Positions 1 through 9,687 are shown, counted from the stretch's first letter. The stretch: DNA of 64,000 bases from an uncultured Rhodospirillaceae bacterium (GCA_964557415.1 CAZLBB010000002.1:25645-89644); one strand, 5' to 3'. Translations and numbers: made by a program. The notes: generated from the sequence alone by a model not told the origin.

Positions 1-231
1 TTCTACGATTTCCGCTTCACGCCGGAGATGACGAAGGAATTCAACGGCGACGACCGCTTCTACCCGATCACGTACAAGAAGGATTGGGAGGTCGTGCGCA
101 CCGTCGCCGAGGCCAGCGGCACGCCCTACAACAAGGCGCAGTACGAGAAGGAAAGCGCCGCGGAGCACGCCGCCCAGCAGAAGAAGGCGCAGCAGAAGCT
201 GCAGCAACAGCAGCAACCGAAGAAGCAGTGA
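1..231 (+). CDS. phnD: Phosphonate ABC transporter substrate-binding protein, 3' part only (runs off window start)
   Basis: Open frame from base 1 to TGA at 229-231 ([14 protein letters not shown]...[15 protein letters not shown]); directly upstream of phnC-phnE-phnE. Confidence 0.7.
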   Translation, partial: FYDFRFTPEMTKEFNGDDRFYPITYKKDWEVVRTVAEASGTPYNKAQYEKESAAEHAAQQKKAQQKLQQQQQPKKQ

Positions 232-1028
232 CGGCAGTCGCCATCGATGCGGGAGCGGTCGCCGGGCAATCCGTCGACCGCTCCCTTGCGCTCAAGGGAC
301 TGCGCAAGGAGTATGTGCGCGGCAAGCCGGTGCTGCGCGACGTCTCGCTCACCTTCGCCGGGCGTGGACTGACGGCGATCATCGGTCCGTCCGGCACCGG
401 CAAGAGCACGCTGATCCGCTGCGTCAACCGGCTGGTCGAACCGACCGCCGGACAGATCCTGTTCCTCGGACAGGACCTGGCGAGGCTGCGCGGCGCCGCG
501 CTGCGCGCGGCGCGTCGACGCATCGGCATGGTGTTCCAGGAGTACAACCTGGTCGAGCGACTGAGCGCGATCGAGAACGTGCTGTGCGGCCGGCTCGGCT
601 ATGTCGCGCCGTGGCGCGCCTGGCTCCGACGCTTCCCGCGCGACGACGTCGAGGGCGCCTTCGACCTGCTCGAGGCGGTGGGCTTGGCCGACCGCGCGAC
701 GCAACGCGCCGACGCGCTGTCGGGCGGCCAGCGCCAGCGCATCGGCATCGCGCGCGCGCTGATGCAGCAGCCCGACCTGCTGCTCGCCGACGAACCGACC
801 TCGTCGCTCGATCCCAAGACCTCGGTCGAGATCATGGAGCTGATGGTCGAGCTTGCGGGCAAGCGCGACATCCCGGTGATCGTCAATATCCATAACGTCG
901 AGCTGGCCAGGCGCTTCGCCCAGCGCATCGTCGGCATGACCGGCGGCGACGTCGTGTTCGACGGCGCTCCAAGCGACCTGCGCGACGAGCACCTGAAGCA
1001 GATCTACGGCGGCGAGGCCTGGCTGTGA
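228..1028 (+). CDS. phnC: Phosphonate ABC transporter ATP-binding protein
   Basis: Walker [17 protein letters not shown] signature, [12 protein letters not shown]; GTG start at 228 overlaps the upstream stop (GTGA). Confidence 0.9.
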   Translation: MTAVAIDAGAVAGQSVDRSLALKGLRKEYVRGKPVLRDVSLTFAGRGLTAIIGPSGTGKSTLIRCVNRLVEPTAGQILFLGQDLARLRGAALRAARRRIGMVFQEYNLVERLSAIENVLCGRLGYVAPWRAWLRRFPRDDVEGAFDLLEAVGLADRATQRADALSGGQRQRIGIARALMQQPDLLLADEPTSSLDPKTSVEIMELMVELAGKRDIPVIVNIHNVELARRFAQRIVGMTGGDVVFDGAPSDLRDEHLKQIYGGEAWL

Positions 1029-1834
1029 GCGATACGGCACCGGCCGGCGGCGCGCCGGCCGCGACGCGGCGTGATCCCTTCCCGGCCAACTGGCCGGCGC
1101 GCATCGGCTGGATCGCGCTCGCCGCCTATACGCTCTATGCCGCCTCGCTGTTCCAGCTGACCTGGGCGCGCTTCGTCGAAGGCCTCGACAACGGGGCACG
1201 CTTCATCGTGCGCATGCTGCCGCCCTATATGGGCAAATGGGACCTCCTGTGGCGCGGCCTGTCGGAGAGCCTGGAGATCGCGATCATCGCCACGGTGATC
1301 GGCGTCGCCGCCGCGATGCCGGTCGGCCTGCTGGCGGCGCGCAACCTGATGCCCAACTGGGTCACTTGGCCGGCGCGCGGGCTGATCGCGCTCTGCCGCA
1401 GCTTCCACCCCGTGATCGTGGCGATCCTGTTCGTCAAGGCGGTCGGCTTTGGCGCGCTGGCCGGCATCATGGCGCTGATCGTCGCCTCGATCGGCTTCAT
1501 CGCCAAGTTGTTCGCCGAGGCGATCGAGGAGATCTCGCTCAAGCAGGTCGAGGCGGTGCGAGCGACCGGCGCCGGCTTCGCCAACGTGCTGATCATGGCG
1601 GTGCAGCCGCAGGTGCTGGCGCGCTTCATCGGCTTCTCGACCTACCAGCTCGACTCCAACCTGCGCAACTCCACCATGGTCGGCATCGTCGGCGGCGGCG
1701 GCATCGGCGCCACGCTGTTCACCGCCTTCCAGCGCTTCGACTACGACTTCGTGCTGACCATCCTTATCTTCATCATCACGCTGATCATGATCGGCGAGGT
1801 TCTGTCCGGATGGATCCGGAGGACCTTCCAGTGA
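1025..1834 (+). CDS. phnE: Phosphonate ABC transporter permease
   Basis: Hydrophobic protein with EAIEEI...EAVRATGA and [17 protein letters not shown] PhnE motifs. Confidence 0.88.
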   Translation: MSDTAPAGGAPAATRRDPFPANWPARIGWIALAAYTLYAASLFQLTWARFVEGLDNGARFIVRMLPPYMGKWDLLWRGLSESLEIAIIATVIGVAAAMPVGLLAARNLMPNWVTWPARGLIALCRSFHPVIVAILFVKAVGFGALAGIMALIVASIGFIAKLFAEAIEEISLKQVEAVRATGAGFANVLIMAVQPQVLARFIGFSTYQLDSNLRNSTMVGIVGGGGIGATLFTAFQRFDYDFVLTILIFIITLIMIGEVLSGWIRRTFQ

Positions 1835-1847
1835 TCGGAGCGGGCCA

Positions 1848-2669
1848 GTGACCGCGCAGGCGATCGCCCCCGGGACCGGCATCCGGCGCGAGTGGCAGCG
1901 CTTCACGCCGCGTCAGCGGCTGATGCGCTATGCCTTCTACCTGCTGGCGGTCGCCGCGCTGGTGCAGAGCGTGCGCAGCATCGACATCATCCCCGAGTTC
2001 CTCGAGGACGCACCGGCGCAGGTGGTCGACCTGTTCGTCCGCATGTGGCCGATCGACTGGAGCTACTATCCCAAGACCGTCCACGCGGCCCTGATCGAGA
2101 CGATCCACATCGCCACGCTCGGCACGATCCTCGCGCTGGCGCTGGCGACGCCCGTCGGCCTGATGGCCGCGGCCAACATCACGCCCTGGCCGGCGCTGCG
2201 CCTGTTCGCCAAGTTCATCCTGGTGTCGTCGCGCTCGGTCAACTCGCTGGTCTGGGCGCTGCTGTTCGTGGCCGTGTTCGGCCCCGGCGCGCTCGCCGGC
2301 ACGCTCGCCATTGCCTTCCGCTCGATCGGCTTCGTCGGCAAGCTCCTGGCCGAGGCGCTGGAGGAGGCGCACAAGGGCGCGGTCGAGGCGCTGACCGCCA
2401 CCGGCGCGCCGTGGACCAGCATCATCCTCAAGGGCTACTGGCCGCAGGTTCAGCCCTCGTTCTGGTCGATCGCGCTGTTCCGCTGGGACATCAACATCCG
2501 CGAGTCGGCCGTGCTCGGCCTGGTCGGCGCCGGCGGCATCGGCACGGCGCTCGACGACGCGCTCAACCTGCTCTACTGGGACCAGGTCGCGCTGACGCTG
2601 CTGACGATCTTCGCGGTCGTGATCGCGGCCGAGGTCATTGTCACGGTGATCCGGAGCCGGATCATTTGA
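1848..2669 (+). CDS. phnE: Phosphonate ABC transporter permease (second copy)
   Basis: EALEE...EALTATGA, RWDINIRESAVLGLVGAGGIG motifs. Confidence 0.88.
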   Translation: MTAQAIAPGTGIRREWQRFTPRQRLMRYAFYLLAVAALVQSVRSIDIIPEFLEDAPAQVVDLFVRMWPIDWSYYPKTVHAALIETIHIATLGTILALALATPVGLMAAANITPWPALRLFAKFILVSSRSVNSLVWALLFVAVFGPGALAGTLAIAFRSIGFVGKLLAEALEEAHKGAVEALTATGAPWTSIILKGYWPQVQPSFWSIALFRWDINIRESAVLGLVGAGGIGTALDDALNLLYWDQVALTLLTIFAVVIAAEVIVTVIRSRII

Positions 2670-2680
2670 GGCCGGCCAAT

Positions 2681-2709
2681 TGACACCCTGCGGTCGTTCG
2701 GCCTAGCGT
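2681..2709 (+). promoter_or_regulatory. Putative sigma70 promoter for the 2801-4100 gene pair
   Basis: TTGACA (2681-2686), 17-nt spacer, TAGCGT (2704-2709, TAnnnT). Confidence 0.6.
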
Positions 2710-2800
2710 TTCTGCCAACAACAAGAATATCGGCCCGGCCCGCCAGGACGACGCGGCCGTCCTGACCGTCGGGACGAATGCGCACGGGGGACATCTGCCG

Positions 2801-3700
2801 ATGCATACATGCAGCGCCTGTGCGATCCGGCGTGCCGTCGCTCTTCCGCTTCTGCTCGCCCTCGCGGCATGCGGCGCCACGAACGAGGAGTTCGCGCGCT
2901 TCGCCGGCGCCGGCGTGACCTTTTCCGACTCCCTGCCGTCGACCTACACTTACTATCTCAACCATCAGGCCGAGCGCCGGCTGAGCGCGCTGGAAATCAA
3001 CCGCAGCGGCCGCATCCGCGACGGGCAGGCGCTCGATGCCTCCTTGGCCGGCAGCCTCGACGCGACCGTCGCGGGCCTGAAAAGGACCTCGGCCCTGCTG
3101 CAAAATGCCGAGGAGCACGCGACTGTCCTGCGGTCCTATTTCGCCGCCCTCGCCGGCTTGGCGGCAGACACGGAATCGCAGGCGATCGGCAACAAGGCAG
3201 CCGGCCTTGCCCAGCGCATTGCGACACTGTCCGGCAACCTCGTCCCGAACCTGGCAGGCGTTGCCATCCGCCAGTTCTCGACCCTGGCCGTCGGGGCGTA
3301 TCGCAACGAGCAGCTGCGCAAGCACATCGAGCAGCACTACGTGACGATCGGCAATGCGATCGTACTGCAGCGCACCGTCCTCGAGGTCATGCGCGATACC
3401 GAGGCGAGCGACTGGATCAGCGACGAGCAGGCGCGCGTCGCGAACATCCAGCGCGACGTGCGTGCCGCCTTTCTGGACCCACAACGCCAGTTGCCGCTCG
3501 ACTGGAGGCAGCGCCTGTTGACCGAGCCGCGCACCACCGTGCCGGAGAGCCCGCTGTCGCAGGGCATCATCGCGGCCGAACAGCTCGAGCAGACCTTCGT
3601 CCGTATCGTCGAAGGCAAGCCCGGCGCGCTCGCGCAACTCGAGCAGTCCGTCGACTTCCTCGACAAGATCGCCGGGTCCTTCCGCCTGCTGCAGAAGTAG
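2801..3700 (+). CDS. Hypothetical lipoprotein, predicted mostly alpha-helical
   Basis: Signal peptide ending in lipobox LAAC (Cys24); host-like codon usage; no family recognised. Confidence 0.75.
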   Translation: MHTCSACAIRRAVALPLLLALAACGATNEEFARFAGAGVTFSDSLPSTYTYYLNHQAERRLSALEINRSGRIRDGQALDASLAGSLDATVAGLKRTSALLQNAEEHATVLRSYFAALAGLAADTESQAIGNKAAGLAQRIATLSGNLVPNLAGVAIRQFSTLAVGAYRNEQLRKHIEQHYVTIGNAIVLQRTVLEVMRDTEASDWISDEQARVANIQRDVRAAFLDPQRQLPLDWRQRLLTEPRTTVPESPLSQGIIAAEQLEQTFVRIVEGKPGALAQLEQSVDFLDKIAGSFRLLQK

Positions 3701-3713
3701 AACGAGGCCAGCC

Positions 3714-4100
3714 ATGACGACGGTCAGCGAGCACAGCTTCACCCCGACCGCCATCTCGCCTGCCGACAAGCAGAATCTCGACGCGTTGCTGGAGGCACGC
3801 CATGCCCTCGCGCTGGCCGACGCCCAGTTGCGCGACCCCGCCTTCATCGATGCGATCGCCGACAAGGAGACGCGCTTCCGCGCTCGCGACACCTTCGCGA
3901 AGCTTCAGCCGGCAATCCTCGCCATCGACAACGCCCGCATCGAGATGATCGTCGCCAAGATGGCCGCCAGCAGCACGGAGCTGCGAGAAGCGACAAAGGA
4001 GCTCAAGGTGGCGCTGGCGAAGGTGCAACAGGTGTCCAGCCTGCTCGACACGATCACGCGGGTCCTGGGCGTGATCAGCAATTTCCTGGTCGTGTTCTAG
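3714..4100 (+). CDS. Hypothetical coiled-coil protein with hydrophobic/amphipathic C-terminal helix
   Basis: RBS-like GAGG upstream, 13 nt after the lipoprotein stop; C-terminus VSSLLDTITRVLGVISNFLVVF. Confidence 0.7.
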   Translation: MTTVSEHSFTPTAISPADKQNLDALLEARHALALADAQLRDPAFIDAIADKETRFRARDTFAKLQPAILAIDNARIEMIVAKMAASSTELREATKELKVALAKVQQVSSLLDTITRVLGVISNFLVVF

Positions 4101-4157
4101 ACCCGATGCCGGAGCCATCGCCGGGCCACTCGTGACGCCTGTCCTGGCTACCCGCGC

Positions 4158-5366
4158 TCACCCCCAGCCCCATACCTCGCCGCCGCGCTTCAGGTACTGC
4201 TGCGCCAGCACCATCTTGTGCACCTCGGAGGCGCCGTCGACCAGGCGCGCCTGGCGGGCGTAACGGTACATCCATTCGAGGATCGTGTCCTTGGAGTAGC
4301 CGCGCGCGCCCATGAGCTGGATGCCAGTGTCGATCGCCTTGTGCAGCGTGTCGGCGACCTGGACCTTTGCCATGGAAAGCTCGGTACGCGGCACCTCGCC
4401 GCGGTCGAGCTTGTAGGCGGCCTTCATGGTGAGCAGCCGGCCGACCTCGATCGCCATCACGGCCTCGCCCAGCATCCACTGCACGCCTTCGTGCTCGGCG
4501 AGCGTGTGGCCGAAGCTCATGCGCTCGCGCACGTAGGGACTCGCGATCTCGAGCGCGCGCTTGGCCATGCCGAGCCAGCGCATGCAATGCGTCAGGCGCG
4601 CGGGCCCGAGGCGGATCTGCGTCACGCGCAAGCCGTCGCCGACCTCCATCAGCCGGCTTTCGTCCTTGATCACGAGCCCGTCGTACGCCAGTTCGCAATG
4701 CCCGCCGTGCTCCTCCGGACCCATGATCGGGATGCGGCGCAGCACGCGCCAGCCCGGCTGGTCGCGGTGATGGAGGAATGCCGTCAGGCCGCGGCGCCTG
4801 TCGTCCGACGTGCGCGCGATCAGGATGAAATGCTCGGCCCCGTCGGCGCCTGTGATGAACCATTTGCGGCCGCTGACGACCCATGTGTCGCCGCGCTTCT
4901 CGGCTTTGGTCAGCATCGCCGACGGGTCGGAGCCCGAGCCCGGCGCCGGCTCCGTCATCACGAAGGCCGAGCGCACCTTGCCCTCGACGATCGGCCGGAG
5001 CCAGCGCTCCTTCTGCGCCGGCGTTGCCACGGCATCGAGCAGCATCATGTTGCCGTCGTCGGGCGGCGCCGAGTTGAACGCAACCGGCCCGAAGATCGAG
5101 CGGCCCATCTCCTCGTAGCAGGCCGCCATGGCGACGCGCCCGACACCCATGCCTCCCTGCTCCTTCGATGTCTGCAGCGCCCACAGGCCTTCGGCCCTCG
5201 CCTTCGCGCGCAGGGCCGCCAGCGCCGCCTCGGCGATGTTCTCATGCTCGTCCCAGTTCTTCGGGTCCGCCTCGGCCGGGATGCAATGGCGCTCGACGAA
5301 GTCGCGGATGCGTCGGCGCAGCTGCTCGATTTCGGGAGAAAGGGAGAGATCCATCGGCGTTGCCAT
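4158..5366 (-). CDS. Acyl-CoA dehydrogenase family protein
   Basis: SAFVMTEPAPGSGSD, GRKWFITG, GARGYS, ARLVDGASEVHK motifs; start placed at MATPMDLS. Confidence 0.92.
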   Translation of the reverse strand: MATPMDLSLSPEIEQLRRRIRDFVERHCIPAEADPKNWDEHENIAEAALAALRAKARAEGLWALQTSKEQGGMGVGRVAMAACYEEMGRSIFGPVAFNSAPPDDGNMMLLDAVATPAQKERWLRPIVEGKVRSAFVMTEPAPGSGSDPSAMLTKAEKRGDTWVVSGRKWFITGADGAEHFILIARTSDDRRRGLTAFLHHRDQPGWRVLRRIPIMGPEEHGGHCELAYDGLVIKDESRLMEVGDGLRVTQIRLGPARLTHCMRWLGMAKRALEIASPYVRERMSFGHTLAEHEGVQWMLGEAVMAIEVGRLLTMKAAYKLDRGEVPRTELSMAKVQVADTLHKAIDTGIQLMGARGYSKDTILEWMYRYARQARLVDGASEVHKMVLAQQYLKRGGEVWGWG

Positions 5367-5368
5367 CC

Positions 5369-6148
5369 TCACAAGGTGACCGTCTGCCCGCCATCGATCG
5401 TGATGACCGTGCCGGTCATGAAAGCCGATGCCGGCGAGCACAGCAGCAGCAGCGCGCCGTCGAGGTCATCGAGGCGTCCAAGGCGGCGCTGCGGGATCTT
5501 CTTCACCATCGCCTGGCCGGCCTGCGTCGCGAAGAAGTCGCGGTTGATGTCGGTCTCGATATAGCCCGGCGCGATGGCGTTGACGCGGATGTCGTGGCGC
5601 GCCCACTCAACCGCCAGCGCGCGCGTCAGCTGGATCAGCCCGGCCTTCGACGCGGCGTAGCCGGCGACCCGCGCGGCGGCGCGCACGCCCAGGATCGAGG
5701 CGATGTTAACGATGCTGCCGGCGTGGCCTAGGCGGCGCATGTGACGCGCCACCTCGCCGGCCATCAGGAAGGCGCCCTTCAGGTTGGTGTCGAGCACCCT
5801 GTCCCAGTCGGCCTCGTCCTGCTCCAGCGCCGGCTTGTCCACGACGGCGCCGGCGTTGTTGACCAGCACGGTGATGGCGCCGAGTTCTTCCTCCGCCGCT
5901 TCGACCGCCGCGCGCACGCTCGCCGGTTCGGCGACGTCGACCACGACCGGCAGCGCGCGAGCGTCGAAGGCCTCGATCTCGCCTGCCACCGCGCGCAGGC
6001 GGCCGAGGCGCCTGCCACCGAGCGCAACCTTGGCCCCGGCACGCGCAAGGGTTAGCGCGAAATGCCGGCCGAGCCCTGAACCGGCGCCGGTGACGAACGC
6101 GCAAGTCCCTGACAGATCGACGGAAAACCCGCCTCGCTGGGACATCAT
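5369..6148 (-). CDS. Short-chain dehydrogenase/reductase (FabG-like)
   Basis: TGAGSGLG, NNAG, YAASK catalytic motif, VNAIAPG. Confidence 0.92.
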   Translation of the reverse strand: MMSQRGGFSVDLSGTCAFVTGAGSGLGRHFALTLARAGAKVALGGRRLGRLRAVAGEIEAFDARALPVVVDVAEPASVRAAVEAAEEELGAITVLVNNAGAVVDKPALEQDEADWDRVLDTNLKGAFLMAGEVARHMRRLGHAGSIVNIASILGVRAAARVAGYAASKAGLIQLTRALAVEWARHDIRVNAIAPGYIETDINRDFFATQAGQAMVKKIPQRRLGRLDDLDGALLLLCSPASAFMTGTVITIDGGQTVTL

Positions 6149-6217
6149 CCGGCCTCACGAATCCTTAACGAATGACGCGCATAACTCACCATAAAAGGGA
6201 TTTTGGGAAAAGCCGAG

Positions 6218-7561
6218 ATGCCGCACGCCGCGCATATCCTTCTCGCCGCCGCCCGCGACGCCGAGCGCGGGCGCCTGGCGGTCATGCTGGCCGACCACGG
6301 CTATCGCGTCTCCGCCGCCGCGAGCAGCCTGACGGCCGTGGCGCTCGCGGACGAGCTGAATCCCGATGTCGTGATGTTCGGCGCCTCGCTGCCCGAGTCC
6401 GAAGTCGCGCAGGCGACGGAAGCATTGAAGGCCAGCGCGCGTGGTCGGTCCACCGGCGTCGTTGTCATCGCGACGCAGCCGAGCGAAGCCGCGCGCTGCC
6501 GCAGCGTGCTGGCCGGCGCGGACGACGTGATCGAGGGCAAGTTCAGCGACGCCGTGCTGCTGGCGCGCCTCCGCCCGCTCTGCCGCCTTGCCACCATGCA
6601 GGCGGAGCTCGATCGCCGCATGCTGACCGCACACTCGCTGGGCCTTCCGGTCGCGTCGGAGCCTGCAGGCGGCGAACCCGATTCTCCCTGCCGCGTGATG
6701 CTGGTTGCCCGTTCGGGCAGCACGTCCGAGCACGAGGTGCGCGAGGCGCTCAACGGCGGTTTCGATGTTTCGGTCGAGAGCGACCCGTACCGCGCCGGCG
6801 CAATCGTGGCGGACGAGCGGTTCGACGCCATGGTGCTGTCGGCCGACCGGGCGCAGACCGCCGAGCCGGTGCTGTACCTTGCCAGCCATCTGCGCAACAA
6901 CCCCAGCCTGTTCAATCTGCCGGTGATGATGCTGCACGGCGATGGCGTGTTCACCGACGACTGCGATCCCTATCGCTATGGCGCCAGCATCGCCCTCGGC
7001 CTGCCGTTCGAGAAATCGGCGCTCGCCGCCGGCATCCGCGTGCTGGTGCGCCGCCAGCGCCAGCGCTGGACCATCCGCAGCGCCTACCGAGCGATCCACG
7101 ACGCCGTCCGCCCCGGCAGCGAGATCGAGCTCTACCCCGCCGACTTCCTGAAGCTGCATCTCGGAGCCGCGGTCGACCAGGCGCAGCGCGCGGGCCGGCA
7201 TCTGTCCGTCGCCCTGTTCTCGCTGCGCAACCTTGGCGACATCAAGCGCAAGTATTTCAGCGAGGCGGGCGAGCTTCTGATGACGCAGGCCGCAAGCTGG
7301 ATCGCCGGCCTCGTGCGCACGGAAGACCTGGTCGCGCGCCTGGGCGACGACGAGATTTGCGTCGTGCTGCCCGACAGCACGATCGAGGAATGCCGTCAGG
7401 TGACACAGCGCATCGTCGCCATCCTCTCCGCCTCGGACTTCAACCTGACCGAGGAAGTGATGCAGCCGATCCGCGTCTGGGTCGACGGCGCTTCGGCAAC
7501 GGTTTCGGCGAGCGACACAGCGGACGCGCTGCTGCGCCGCGCGCGGGAGAGCCTCTTCTAG
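6218..7561 (+). CDS. PleD/PopA-like protein: two degenerate receiver domains plus degenerate GGDEF domain
   Basis: REC-REC-GGDEF layout; RTEDLVARLGDDEI (I-site RxxD kept, GGDEF changed to GDDEI). Confidence 0.75.
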   Translation: MPHAAHILLAAARDAERGRLAVMLADHGYRVSAAASSLTAVALADELNPDVVMFGASLPESEVAQATEALKASARGRSTGVVVIATQPSEAARCRSVLAGADDVIEGKFSDAVLLARLRPLCRLATMQAELDRRMLTAHSLGLPVASEPAGGEPDSPCRVMLVARSGSTSEHEVREALNGGFDVSVESDPYRAGAIVADERFDAMVLSADRAQTAEPVLYLASHLRNNPSLFNLPVMMLHGDGVFTDDCDPYRYGASIALGLPFEKSALAAGIRVLVRRQRQRWTIRSAYRAIHDAVRPGSEIELYPADFLKLHLGAAVDQAQRAGRHLSVALFSLRNLGDIKRKYFSEAGELLMTQAASWIAGLVRTEDLVARLGDDEICVVLPDSTIEECRQVTQRIVAILSASDFNLTEEVMQPIRVWVDGASATVSASDTADALLRRARESLF

Positions 7562-7789
7562 GCTGCTCTTTTCTCGCCGGGATATGCTCGGGATCGCCAA
7601 CGCATCTCTTCGGTGATCCACGTCCTGAACGATACCGCTTCGCAAGCCGGCGCGTGCAAGATCGATTGGCCGGCCGCCATCCACCGTCAGTTCAACGCCT
7701 GGGACGTGCGCCAGGTTGCGCATATGCCCGAAGCCGGGTGGAAAATGTGAAACCCGCTGAGCGACGCCGGTCCTAGGCGTCCGCGGGCT

Positions 7790-8185
7790 CTAGACCGTGC
7801 GTCCTTCCTGCGGCAAGCCATCCGTGATCTCGTAGTAGTCGCCCTTGTCGGGCACGTAGATGTGCTTGGTCGGGCGCAGCCCCGTCGGGCCGTCGAGCGT
7901 GCCGGCCGCTATCGAGATCGTGTCGCCCTGGTTGCGGCGCCAGAACAGGCTCGATCCGCATTTTCGACAAAAGCCGCGCTGGGCGAAGTCGGACGAGGCG
8001 AACCACGCCAGGTCGTCGCCGCGCACCAGCTTGAAGCGGTCCAGCGGCGCGTTGGTGTAGGCGCCGACATGTCCGTGCCATTTGCGGCACTGGCCGCAGT
8101 GGCAGAAGGCGACTCCGCGCAGCGGCGCCACCGCCTCGTAGCGCACGGCGCCGCACATGCATCCTCCGGTCAGCCGATCGGCCAT
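7790..8185 (-). CDS. GFA family (glutathione-dependent formaldehyde-activating/CENP-V-like) zinc protein
   Basis: GGCMCGAVRY, CHCGQCRK, RGFCRKCGSSLF cysteine motifs. Confidence 0.9.
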   Translation of the reverse strand: MADRLTGGCMCGAVRYEAVAPLRGVAFCHCGQCRKWHGHVGAYTNAPLDRFKLVRGDDLAWFASSDFAQRGFCRKCGSSLFWRRNQGDTISIAAGTLDGPTGLRPTKHIYVPDKGDYYEITDGLPQEGRTV

Positions 8186-8268
8186 GTCGCTCTCTCCTTG
8201 ATGCGGTGGCGGCATTATAGAGAGCCGGCGCGCTTGCGCGACATCGCCCGCAGGCGCATTCTTTCCCA

Positions 8269-8925
8269 ATGCGCATCGACATCTTCAGCGACGTGATCTG
8301 CCCGTGGTGCTTCATCGGCAAGCGCCGGCTGGACAAGGCCCTCGCGCTTCGCCCGCAGCCCGATCTTCAGCTGCACTGGCGCGCGTTCCAGCTCAACCCC
8401 GGCATGCCCGCGGAGGGCATGGACCGCCAAGCCTATCTGGCCGCCAAGTTCGGCGGGGCGGAATCGGCCCAGCGCATCTACGACACGGTCGGGGCCGTCG
8501 GCGCGCGCGAAGGGATCGCCTTCGCCTTCGAGCGCATCCGGCGCACACCCAACACGGTCGCGGCACACCGCCTGATCCGCTTCGCCGAGGCGCGGGGCAA
8601 GCAGGACGCCGTGGTGGAGGCCCTGTTCCGCGCCTATTTCCTCGCCGGGCGCCTCGTCGGCGAGAAGATGGTGCTGGCGGAGATCGCCGGCGAGTCGGGG
8701 CTCGACGCGGCCGAGGCGCACGCCTTCCTCGAGGGAGCGGAGGAAACCGAAACGGTACTGGCCGAAGACGCGTTTGCCCGCCGCCTGGGAATCGGCGGCG
8801 TGCCGTGCTTCATCATCGACGGGAAATATGCGCTGTCCGGCGCCCAGGAGCCCGAGGCCTTCCTGCCGGTCTTCGACCTGGTGGCCGGCGAAACCGCTGC
8901 CGCCGCGGCCGCGGCGTTGGGCTGA
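8269..8925 (+). CDS. DsbA family oxidoreductase (FrnE-like)
   Basis: SDVICPWCFIGKRRL CxxC motif, GVPCFII. Confidence 0.9.
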   Translation: MRIDIFSDVICPWCFIGKRRLDKALALRPQPDLQLHWRAFQLNPGMPAEGMDRQAYLAAKFGGAESAQRIYDTVGAVGAREGIAFAFERIRRTPNTVAAHRLIRFAEARGKQDAVVEALFRAYFLAGRLVGEKMVLAEIAGESGLDAAEAHAFLEGAEETETVLAEDAFARRLGIGGVPCFIIDGKYALSGAQEPEAFLPVFDLVAGETAAAAAAALG

Positions 8926-8946
8926 TTCATCTAAACGGGGGTAAAG

Positions 8947-9585
8947 ATGGGGGATCCGATCGTCTATGGTCCGGCCTACAGCACCTACACGCGCAGCGTG
9001 CGCATGGCGCTGGCGGAGAAGTCGCTGTCCTACAAGCTGGTCGAGGTCGACGTGCTGAAGGGCGAAGGCGAGAGGCCGGAGCACCTGCGCCGGCATCCCT
9101 TCGGAAAGGTACCCGCGTTCGAGCATGACGGGTTCGCGCTGTACGAAACTGCGGCCATCAATCACTATATCGATGACGTCCTGGCCGGACCGAAGCTGAC
9201 CCCGGTCGACCATATGCGCAAGGCGCGCATGAATCAGATCATCGGATTGATCGACTCGTATCTCTATCAACCGGCGATCCATGGCGTATTCATTCCGCGC
9301 GTGATCGGACCGATGATGGGTGAGACGGCCGACGAACTGAAAGTCGCGGAAAAGGCCGCGACCGCCGACAAGGCGCTCGGCGAGATCGAGAGGCTGGCGG
9401 GAAGCAACGCCTTCCTGGCCGGTCCGTCGGTCTCCCTCGCCGACGTGCATCTCGCGCCGGTCATCGCCTATTACTCGCAGACGCCCGAAGGCGAGCAGGC
9501 GTTGAAGAAGCATCCGAAACTCGCCGCGTGGTGGTCGCGCGTCAAGGACCGCCCGAGCTTCAAGTCGACCGCGCCAAAGCTCTGA
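8947..9585 (+). CDS. Glutathione S-transferase family protein
   Basis: HPFGKVPAF, LYETAAI, SLADVHL motifs. Confidence 0.9.
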   Translation: MGDPIVYGPAYSTYTRSVRMALAEKSLSYKLVEVDVLKGEGERPEHLRRHPFGKVPAFEHDGFALYETAAINHYIDDVLAGPKLTPVDHMRKARMNQIIGLIDSYLYQPAIHGVFIPRVIGPMMGETADELKVAEKAATADKALGEIERLAGSNAFLAGPSVSLADVHLAPVIAYYSQTPEGEQALKKHPKLAAWWSRVKDRPSFKSTAPKL

Positions 9586-9587
9586 CC

Positions 9588-9687
9588 CAGAGGTCAGAGG
9601 TCAGAGGGCAGATGCCAGATGTCAGAGGTCGAATGCCGGAACTCTCCTCGTCCTCTCTGACATCTGCCATCTGCCCTCTGACATCTG
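9588..9687. repeat. Inverted-repeat element built of 7-nt tandem units (CAGA[G/T]G[T/G/C])
   Basis: Six heptamers at 9588-9629 and five reverse-complement heptamers at 9653-9687; 9601-9627 pairs with 9655-9681 at 26 of 27 positions. Confidence 0.9.

Noticed and set aside
1-2669. C-P lyase or phosphite oxidation pathway
   Set aside because: Only transporter genes are in the window; no phnGHIJ or ptxD, so the substrate cannot be assigned.
7562-7789. Small gene or pseudogene between the PopA-like and GFA genes
   Set aside because: Only short frames without recognisable motifs; I could not support a call.
9588-9687. Heptamer repeats as a CRISPR array
   Set aside because: Units are 7 nt and contiguous with no spacers; no cas genes.
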